A stretch of 13,240 nt of DNA from Planctomycetota bacterium (lineage in GTDB: Bacteria > Planctomycetota > Phycisphaerae > SM23-33). The notes under the pieces were generated by a model. It had not been told where the DNA came from, searched no databases, and was given only the letters and a program-made list of their open reading frames with translations. The stretch lies in the NCBI GenBank assembly GCA_030635145.1, contig DAOVZK010000058.1, positions 1 through 13,240 on the forward strand. The letters run 5' to 3'. Positions 1 to 5,531 of the stretch are shown piece by piece. Position numbers and translations under genes: made by a program. Position 1 is the first letter of the stretch. Every line of letters begins with the position of its first letter.

Positions 1-747
1 ACCTAAATCCGCTGGAGAGCGTCCTGGGGAGGGGACTCCTGCTTTGGGTTTTGTGAAGTTGTTTGTTGCTTCGCTGACATGTGAGTCTAACCAGCAGATG
101 TTAGTCGTATCCATGTGCCGAAAATGAATTGAAGGTCTTGATGCCGTGCCGAAAATTGCCCCGCGTGGTGATTCGCAGAAACTGTATTCCGTCAACCCAC
201 CATTAGCAAAGGCGGTGTCGGTAAACCCAACGGTGTCCGAAGGCGAAATGAACGTATCGGCGCGATTCCCGGAAACCGACGGATCCAGGATAGCCCCCTC
301 ATATCCGCCACCGGCCTTGGGTTTTACAAACGAACCTACAAATTCCCGATTGTATCCGAATCCCCCGCAACCATTTTCGAATCCGGATTGAAATTCCAGA
401 AAGCTGGGACAATTCCTAACTGCTTTTCCCGGGAGATATTTCATCAATGGCCCGTCGTTAATTGAAAAAGGTGTCGAACCGGAGCTGGTTCTGCTTCCAA
501 ACCAGCGATGCAAGTTTCCGCTGTAAATCCCTACTGCCGCTGGGGCATAAAAACCATCGTTGTCTGCTTCGTAAAAGCTGTTACTGATCTGCAGGCATCT
601 GATACTGCCCTGACAAACGACTTTTCTTGCAAGTTCCTTTGCACGCGAGAGGCTTGGCATGAGTATAGACACAAGCAACGCGATAATGGCGATCACCACT
701 AAAAGTTCTATCAGCGTAAAACCGGAATGACGGTTTTTGTTAGTCAT
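1..747 (-). CDS. DUF1559-family protein with a prepilin-type N-terminal cleavage/methylation domain (type II secretion pseudopilin-like). The C-terminus runs off the window start.
   Basis: Hand translation of the minus strand from the ATG (complement 745..747) gives MTNKNRHSGFTLIELLVVIAIIALLVSILMPSLSRAKELARKVVCQ..., a canonical prepilin N-terminal methylation motif (GFTLIEL) plus hydrophobic helix. Later ...HFRHMDTTNICWLDSHVS resembles the H-X9-DG motif of DUF1559 in an H-X9-DS variant. The frame stays open to position 1. The ATG lies 5 nt after the stop of the upstream PEP-CTERM gene, so translational coupling is likely. Confidence 0.8.
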   Translation of the reverse strand, partial: MTNKNRHSGFTLIELLVVIAIIALLVSILMPSLSRAKELARKVVCQGSIRCLQISNSFYEADNDGFYAPAAVGIYSGNLHRWFGSRTSSGSTPFSINDGPLMKYLPGKAVRNCPSFLEFQSGFENGCGGFGYNREFVGSFVKPKAGGGYEGAILDPSVSGNRADTFISPSDTVGFTDTAFANGGLTEYSFCESPRGAIFGTASRPSIHFRHMDTTNICWLDSHVSEATNNFTKPKAGVPSPGRSPADLG

Positions 748-751
748 TGTT

Positions 752-1570
752 TCAACTGCGCCTGCGTTTTTTCAGCATCCCCACCCCACCCGCAATCAGC
801 AGTACCAATGTGGTAGGTTCGGGGGTAACTCCATTGAGATACTCAATGGAGTCCAACTCCGTCGTAAAATATCCAAAATCCCCAGCCGTGCTGTTGGTTA
901 CTGTACGAATGCGTACATAAGCAATATCATCCAAAGCTACGGGGTTTCCGCCGGCATCAATCGCCCAGTCGATATCGAACAGGTCGCCACCTTGGGTAAC
1001 ATCGGTGTAACCGGTGAGAGCAGACTGATTTGACCAGGCTGCCTCGGTGTATGGGTTCCTGCCGGCATTAAATTCTGCCTGATTGAAGGTTATGTCCAGC
1101 GGGCCTAATCTCGGATCGCCGACGATATCGTAATTACTCGGTTTGAGCAAATACCACGTCTCATCCTCCCAGCCGTCTGCCGTTGCACCGTCGCCAGACG
1201 TCTCACGCGCAACTTCAACATAACCGGGTTCATACCAGCTTGTCATGGCATTTCCGACGATATTCAGATCGCTTCCATCCCCATTGGCAATAGACGTTGA
1301 AAAACCCAGAATAATTCCGACAGGTTCACCACGAATACTGCTTTTTTGCCACATTCCAAGCGACACAAGACCAGAGGAGTCATCCGTATCTGTAGCGGAC
1401 TGAAAAACTGCGTTTGGATCCGTAAATCCCGTTACCGGATTAACCCCAGCCTCGTAGCTGCAAAGTACATCCGCCCAGTTGTTCGCCGCCGAGAGTCCAG
1501 ATGAAATTGCGGTGAGCACCGCCACTACAAACAAACCTGCAAAACGATGAGCAATTCGTTCGCGTTTCAT
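752..1570 (-). CDS. Secreted PEP-CTERM sorting-domain protein of 272 aa (PEP-CTERM protein B)
   Basis: The C-terminus ...GVTPEPTTLVLLIAGGVGMLKKRRRS* has the PEP motif, a TM helix and a basic tail. The preferred start is MKRERIAHRFAGLFVVAVLTAISSGLSAANN (signal peptide), with GAAAGGA 8 to 10 nt upstream as a Shine-Dalgarno. The six-frame ORF extends 108 codons further upstream to 1894, but that part overlaps the preceding gene and is not protein-like. Confidence 0.8.
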   Translation of the reverse strand: MKRERIAHRFAGLFVVAVLTAISSGLSAANNWADVLCSYEAGVNPVTGFTDPNAVFQSATDTDDSSGLVSLGMWQKSSIRGEPVGIILGFSTSIANGDGSDLNIVGNAMTSWYEPGYVEVARETSGDGATADGWEDETWYLLKPSNYDIVGDPRLGPLDITFNQAEFNAGRNPYTEAAWSNQSALTGYTDVTQGGDLFDIDWAIDAGGNPVALDDIAYVRIRTVTNSTAGDFGYFTTELDSIEYLNGVTPEPTTLVLLIAGGVGMLKKRRRS

Positions 1571-1611
1571 AATATTAGTAATCCTTTCGATTTTCAATTT
1601 ATCGTTTATAA

Positions 1612-1645
1612 AATCACCAAGCGCGACGCGGAGAAACAAAGTTCT
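1612..1645 (-). terminator. GC-rich hairpin between the two PEP-CTERM genes, a possible weak or partial intrinsic terminator
   Basis: GCGACGCGGAGAA (1614..1626) pairs with TTCTCCGCGCCGC (1633..1645), 12 of 13 base pairs, with a 6-nt loop. It lies 35 nt downstream of the gene A stop on the minus strand. A U-run (GAUUUUAU) begins only about 9 nt after the stem, so the terminator character is weak. Confidence 0.35.
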
Positions 1646-1679
1646 CCGCGCCGCACCATGGAGATGGTAGTTTTTCAAA

Positions 1680-2528
1680 CTAAGCCTTCTTGTTGCGACG
1701 ACGGCGTAAAGCCAAAGCAACACCGCCAGTGGTGAGCAGACATACCGTAGTCGGCTCGGGAATGAGGTTGTCAACAAGAACATAGGTCGGCCAATTCCCG
1801 GCAAATCCGGTCGAGGCATCGTAGCTGTCCATTGTAAACTCCAGCGAGCTGACCTCACCCAAACCGCTGAGATCAACAGTTTCCCAGGTATCAACGATCA
1901 GCGTGCTACCGGCACGAAAATCTGCAACGTAAAAATCAATACTACCAGTCGCTGCGCCCAGGGTGTCCTTACCAGTAATGATCACTTTCGCCCAGTCACC
2001 CGCGGCCATTGGAGTAGCAAACCCGTCACCATTCAACATGGAGTCATAGCAGTAGGTGCTGTTGGTTAACTTAACGGTGGACAGGACGGCTGCCTCTGCA
2101 AGTGTAGCTGTTGGAGTAACACCGCCCCATGCCGAATGGTACAATACACCGAAGTTGTCGCCACTGGCGGCGGAACCTGGTTTGGCATCAAACTGATAGC
2201 CCGACCCGCTGCCGGTTGTCTCGACTTCATTCGAGTACGCCCAACCGCTCCACGAGGTGTAATGCCAATAGAACCCCGGTTCTCCACCCGTGTGGGTTTC
2301 AAACCTGTTGTTGAAGGTAAAACTCCCACTGGTGAACGAATCATTGTAAATATCTGGCGAGGTGGCGGGCGTAGCTGGATATGTACTTCCGTCCCAGTTA
2401 CCTGAACCATCCCAGTGAGTATCCGCGGCCAACGACAGATTGTCGAAGTTGGCAACAGTACCCATCGCCGCCGACGCCATCGTCGCGACCATACCCAACA
2501 CTACACACATTCTTGCTCTTACAAACAT
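1680..2528 (-). CDS. Secreted PEP-CTERM sorting-domain protein of 282 aa (PEP-CTERM protein A)
   Basis: The C-terminus ...NLIPEPTTVCLLTTGGVALALRRRRNKKA* is a PEP-CTERM signal. The preferred start is MFVRARMCVVLGMVATMASAAMGTVANFDNL (signal peptide), preceded by a strong SD AAGGAG 7 nt upstream (complement 2535..2540). The 389-aa six-frame ORF extension upstream of this start is not protein-like. Confidence 0.8.
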   Translation of the reverse strand: MFVRARMCVVLGMVATMASAAMGTVANFDNLSLAADTHWDGSGNWDGSTYPATPATSPDIYNDSFTSGSFTFNNRFETHTGGEPGFYWHYTSWSGWAYSNEVETTGSGSGYQFDAKPGSAASGDNFGVLYHSAWGGVTPTATLAEAAVLSTVKLTNSTYCYDSMLNGDGFATPMAAGDWAKVIITGKDTLGAATGSIDFYVADFRAGSTLIVDTWETVDLSGLGEVSSLEFTMDSYDASTGFAGNWPTYVLVDNLIPEPTTVCLLTTGGVALALRRRRNKKA

Positions 2529-2851
2529 CTCAAACTCCTTGCTCACGTGTTGTGAGCTGCGACCCTGCGTTATGCGCAATGCAGCCAAGGGCGCGAAAAG
2601 CTGCACCGCAACTAGGGACCTAGGAAGTCGAGCATCGAATTGAGCGCATAGCCAACACATATGGATGGCACCGGCAAAAATCACATAATTGCTGGAGGTA
2701 AGCGCAACAGCACGAGCATCGACCAACGCACGACAGGGGGGATACCGAGAGAAACTCCGGGAGCTACCGGAAATCTCCTGGCCATCCACAGTGCCGCGAC
2801 GGCAAACCAGGTCGTGTCGATAGGCAGGTTTTCTGGCTTCCGGTTTCATCC

Positions 2852-2875
2852 GACGTTTCCAATTTTGAAAACGTC
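2852..2875. promoter_or_regulatory. 24-bp inverted repeat GACGTTTCCAAT|TTTGAAAACGTC, a candidate dimeric transcription-factor operator about 325 bp upstream of PEP-CTERM gene A
   Basis: The outer 7-bp arms GACGTTT/AAACGTC are perfect and the 12-bp arms match 10 of 12. It sits inside a long non-coding region. Confidence 0.3.
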
Positions 2876-3385
2876 AAAAACCTTCCGTCACGCCTTCCCA
2901 GAATCGCAACATGCGTTTCCAGTGGCATACAGTGACGGTCGTTACCGGTTACAGCGGCGCGTCCGCGGCCGATTTGCACGGCCTTCCCAAGATCAACCTC
3001 AAAGCAGGTCGATACCTATTCAACGGGCGAGATTGTATCTCATATCTGAAAAAAGTCAAGCAGCAAGTGAATATAAAAATCTCCAACCGCCCCCCGGGCG
3101 AAAAAATATCCGTCAAATTTCCGCTTCGAGACGCACATTTTGTTCGCGAAGTACATGCGGCCAAAAATCCCAAAATTTCGCGAATTGATAATGGCCCCGA
3201 ATTTATTAGGTTTTTTCGCTTTTCGACTTGACGTTGAGTTCTCAGAGGCGCAAGATAACGTTTAGTTGATCGGACTTCGGGGTCCGAGGGCAATGTTTGT
3301 GGTAGTTCAGGGACAAAAGAGCGCATCGCAAAAGCCCGTGTTGAAACATTAATTGTTTGGATCAATTTTTTAGAAGGAGCTTAAA

Positions 3386-3670
3386 ATGGCCGTAGCAAAA
3401 GCAATGACAAAGTCGCAGATTATGACCGCACTGGCAGAGGCAAATGGCGTTACCAAAAAGGCCGCCGCAGAATTTGTAGAATCCCTCGTTGGGCTTGCAT
3501 ACACCGAAGCCAAAAAGGGTTTCACGGTTCCAGGGCTTGGCAAACTGGTTCTGGTAAATCGCAAAGCTCGCATGGGCCGTAACCCTGCCACCGGCGAAAC
3601 CATCAGCATCCCCGCCAAAAAGGTTCTGAAGTTCCGCATCGCCAAGGCTGCCAAAGACGCAGTCCTCTAA
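3386..3670 (+). CDS. hup: HU/IHF-family nucleoid-associated DNA-binding protein of 94 aa
   Basis: MAVAKAMTKSQIMTALAEANGVTKKAAAEFVESLVGLAYTEAKKGFTVPGLGKLVLVNRKARMGRNPATGETISIPAKKVLKFRIAKAAKDAVL matches HU family signatures (GF...PGLG, RNPATGE...IPA). SD AGAAGGAG lies at 3372..3379, 6 nt before the ATG. Confidence 0.9.
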   Translation: MAVAKAMTKSQIMTALAEANGVTKKAAAEFVESLVGLAYTEAKKGFTVPGLGKLVLVNRKARMGRNPATGETISIPAKKVLKFRIAKAAKDAVL

Positions 3671-3689
3671 GCGACAAAACGAATGAATA

Positions 3690-3727
3690 TAAAAAGGTCG
3701 GCCCTTAATTGGGTCGACCTTTTTTTG
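3690..3727. terminator. Bidirectional rho-independent terminator after HU, also positioned to serve convergent hypB
   Basis: AAAAA-AGGTCGGCCC(3695..3704)-TTAATT-GGGTCGACCT(3711..3720)-TTTTTTT forms a 10-bp stem with one G-T wobble, flanked by an A-run on one side and a T-run on the other. Confidence 0.75.
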
Positions 3728-3851
3728 TGGCGACAAAGCGGTGACCTCACTTCTGTCACCCTCGCGAAAGCGGGGGTCCAGTCTTTCTTTCTGGGTGGCG
3801 TGGTTGCGATGTTTGCAACCACGTTTTCGGCCACTAAACTTGCGGTGAGTT

Positions 3852-4520
3852 TTATTTGCTGCTGCCGAGTTTCGCTTTCGCATTTTTCAGCCACGCCAGC
3901 CATGCATCCATCCCCTCGCCGGTTTTGGCAGACAGCTCTATCAACGGCGCGCGGGTGTTTATTTTCGACAGGTCGTCGCGAATGCAGGACGAATCGAACT
4001 CCAGCACTTCGGCGAGGTCGATTTTATTCAGCAGGATAACGTCGGCGGGTTGGAACATGGTATTGTACTTGGCGACCTTATCATGGCCTTCAGGAGTGCT
4101 GAGCATCGCGACGCGATAATGCTCTCCGAGATCGAAACCCGAGGGGCAGACCATGTTTCCGACGTTTTCGATAAAGATGTAATCCAGGGCGGCGTTGCGG
4201 ATGTCGAGTTTTTCCAGAGCCGCAGCCACCTGACCAGCTGAAAGATGGCACCCTCCCTCGGTGTTGATCTGCACGACGGCGGCGACATCTGCGACTCGCT
4301 CGGCATCGCGTGCGGTCTGCAAATCGCCAACGATCACAGCCGACTTCGCCCCGCCCAGCCCCACAATGGTTTTTTCCAGCAGCGTAGTTTTTCCGCTACC
4401 GGGGGCACTGATGATATTCACCGACAGGCACCCGTACTGCTGCATCAGCTTGCGATTTTCCAACGCCACCTCGTCGTTGGCGTCCAATACGTTTTTAACT
4501 ACGTCTATTTTTTTCGTCAT
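3852..4520 (-). CDS. hypB: Hydrogenase/urease nickel-incorporation GTPase HypB, 222 aa
   Basis: It carries the P-loop ISAPGSGKTTLLEK, the metal-site motifs EGGCHLSA and ENVGNMVCP, and an NKID GTPase motif. SD AGAGGAAACC precedes the ATG. There is no N-terminal CxxCGC or His-stretch, so it resembles the short Helicobacter/archaeal type. Confidence 0.92.
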   Translation of the reverse strand: MTKKIDVVKNVLDANDEVALENRKLMQQYGCLSVNIISAPGSGKTTLLEKTIVGLGGAKSAVIVGDLQTARDAERVADVAAVVQINTEGGCHLSAGQVAAALEKLDIRNAALDYIFIENVGNMVCPSGFDLGEHYRVAMLSTPEGHDKVAKYNTMFQPADVILLNKIDLAEVLEFDSSCIRDDLSKINTRAPLIELSAKTGEGMDAWLAWLKNAKAKLGSSK

Positions 4521-4540
4521 GGTTTCCTCTAATTTTTTCG

Positions 4541-4671
4541 ACAGGATTACAGGATTTTTTTTATTTCGGAATTTATGATTTTAAACCTATCTCGCTTATC
4601 CTGTTGATCCCGTCTAATATCCTTCCTGCCTTTTCTTTTACCATAATTCATTCTTTATCTTGTTATCCTGT
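4541..4671. repeat. Array of four ACAGGAT(T/A)A motifs in the hypA-hypB intergenic region
   Basis: Two exact tandem copies ACAGGATT-ACAGGATT sit at 4541..4556 on the plus strand. Two reverse-complement copies TTATCCTGT sit at 4597..4605 and 4663..4671, 60 bp apart. Confidence 0.5.
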
Positions 4672-4685
4672 CAAAAGAGTTCTGT

Positions 4686-5027
4686 TTACTCACACACGAC
4701 GCTCTTTAGGATGATATCGTTTCCTTCGATAATTTCAACGTCGGCCTGGTTGCATTTGGGGCAGAGATAATAATCCTCACCGGGGGAAAAGCGATGCTGG
4801 CATTGCTGGCACTGCGCGACGGTGGATACGGATTCGAGAATCAGTTTCGCACCGGCGGCACAGGTGTCGGCGGCAAGGCTGGCGAACGCGATATCCAACG
4901 CCTCCGGGACAATGCCTCGCAGCTGCCCCGCCGAAACCGTAAACTCCGTCACACACTTTACATCGTTGGTTTCGACCAACGACTCCAGCTCCCTCAACAG
5001 TTCCACAGCTATCGACATCTCGTGCAT
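4686..5027 (-). CDS. hypA: Hydrogenase nickel-incorporation / maturation factor HypA, 113 aa
   Basis: It starts MHEMSIAVELLRELE... as a canonical HypA N-terminus does. A C-terminal zinc knuckle CQQCQHRF...CPKCNQ has two CxxC pairs. SD GGAG lies 5 nt before the ATG. The six-frame ORF extends 15 codons further but lacks a ribosome-binding site. Confidence 0.9.
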   Translation of the reverse strand: MHEMSIAVELLRELESLVETNDVKCVTEFTVSAGQLRGIVPEALDIAFASLAADTCAAGAKLILESVSTVAQCQQCQHRFSPGEDYYLCPKCNQADVEIIEGNDIILKSVVCE

Positions 5028-5063
5028 TTTTGCTCCGATTGGCATCCTGATACGAAAAAAAAG

Positions 5064-5093
5064 ACAATACACAACACACCCGCGAAACTCAAG
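5064..5093 (-). promoter_or_regulatory. Putative sigma70-like promoter of hypA: TTGAGT, 18-nt spacer, TATTGT
   Basis: On the minus strand the -35 TTGAGT is complement 5088..5093 and the -10 TATTGT is complement 5064..5069, about 36 nt upstream of the hypA ATG. The -35 lies inside the duplicated CGCGAAACTCAAG segment. Confidence 0.3.
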
Positions 5094-5122
5094 GGGGAAA
5101 AGAGCATCAACTCACCAAAGAA
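5082..5122. repeat. Left copy of a ~40-bp degenerate direct repeat with exact 13-bp core CGCGAAACTCAAG at 5082..5094
   Basis: cgcgaaactcaag[ggggaaaag]agcat caactcaccaaagaaaagg aligns with cgcgaaactcaag agcat tcgtcactccacaaaacagg at 5412..5448. Confidence 0.55.
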
Positions 5123-5168
5123 AAGGCGTGTCTGATATTAAATCATGGCGGGGTGTTCGTTTTTTTGA

Positions 5169-5382
5169 AGCCCGAAGGGCTGACCAGGATTTAGCCGGGG
5201 GTGAAGCGCAGCGGAACCCCCGGATGGATGTTCTTAAAGAATTAGCCCTGAAAGGGCGACACCAATAACATTGGAGGCAATAATTTGCTCGTCGAGCTAC
5301 GACCTGTCGCCCTTTCAGGGCTGGGTATTTTAGTTGCCCGGGGGTTTCACCCCCGGCTAAACTCTCCCCGCCCCTCCGGGGC
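5169..5382. repeat. Nested GC-rich mega-palindrome of about 215 bp holding 7 local hairpins arranged symmetrically; candidate MITE, REP/BIME-like element or structured ncRNA
   Basis: Perfect 16-bp inverted repeat TTTAGCCGGGGGTGAA (5190..5205) pairs with 5346..5361. Perfect 17-bp inverted repeat GCCCTGAAAGGGCGACA (5245..5261) pairs with 5305..5321. Local hairpins are AGCCCgaaGGGCT (5169..5181), CCGGGGGT..ACCCCCGG (5196..5223), CCAATaacATTGG (5262..5274), CCGGGGGtttcaCCCCCGG (5338..5356) and GCCCCtccGGGGC (5370..5382). Confidence 0.6.
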
Positions 5383-5411
5383 TGAAAGAAAAAAAATCTC
5401 ACCCAGCCCCA

Positions 5412-5448
5412 CGCGAAACTCAAGAGCATTCGTCACTCCACAAAACAG
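5412..5448. repeat. Right copy of the ~40-bp degenerate direct repeat, core CGCGAAACTCAAG at 5412..5424
   Basis: See the left copy. The two copies bracket the palindrome cluster 330 bp apart. Confidence 0.55.
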
Positions 5449-5483
5449 GCCCGCAGCGTTTTGCATCATACGCCACGGGCCTG
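5446..5483 (-). terminator. Intrinsic terminator of the flotillin gene, copy 1 of a repeated hairpin with a conserved loop
   Basis: CAGGCCCG (5446..5453) pairs with CGGGCCTG (5476..5483). On the minus-strand RNA the stem extends to about 12 bp (AGGCCCGUGGCG / CGCUGCGGGCCU) and is followed by GUUUUGU. It lies 49 nt downstream of the stop at 5532. Confidence 0.55.
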
Positions 5484-5531
5484 TCACGATTGTCAAAATT
5501 TTCGGGCACCTTGCGGGCGGCCCGATCTTCG

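Noticed and set aside
1571-1894. 108-codon N-terminal extension of PEP-CTERM protein B (380-aa ORF)
   Set aside because: The extension overlaps the 3' end of PEP-CTERM gene A in another frame and is not protein-like. A good SD plus signal peptide occur at the internal ATG at 1570.
2529-2849. 107-codon N-terminal extension of PEP-CTERM protein A (389-aa ORF)
   Set aside because: It has no ribosome-binding site and is Arg/Ser/Ala-rich nonsense. The internal ATG at 2528 has a perfect AAGGAG and a signal peptide.
2661-3188. 175-aa plus-strand ORF in the long intergenic region
   Set aside because: It is Arg/Ser/Gln-rich with no hydrophobic core pattern and no ribosome-binding site. It looks like chance ORFs in GC-moderate DNA.
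3362-3883. 173-aa and 94-aa minus-strand ORFs overlapping HU
   Set aside because: They are antisense to the HU gene, which has unmistakable family signatures and a strong ribosome-binding site. They have no features of their own.
5028-5072. 15-codon extension of HypA (MYCLFFRIRMPIGAK-)
   Set aside because: HypA proteins start at MHEMS..., and GGAG sits 5 nt before that ATG, none before the longer start.
5169-5382. 6S-RNA-like or other known structured RNA as the identity of the mega-palindrome
   Set aside because: It was considered because of the ~200-nt imperfect long hairpin. The arms are built of self-folding GC-rich mini-hairpins, and I cannot identify a central bubble with promoter-mimic features or a flanking promoter and terminator. 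It is left as an open hypothesis, not a call.
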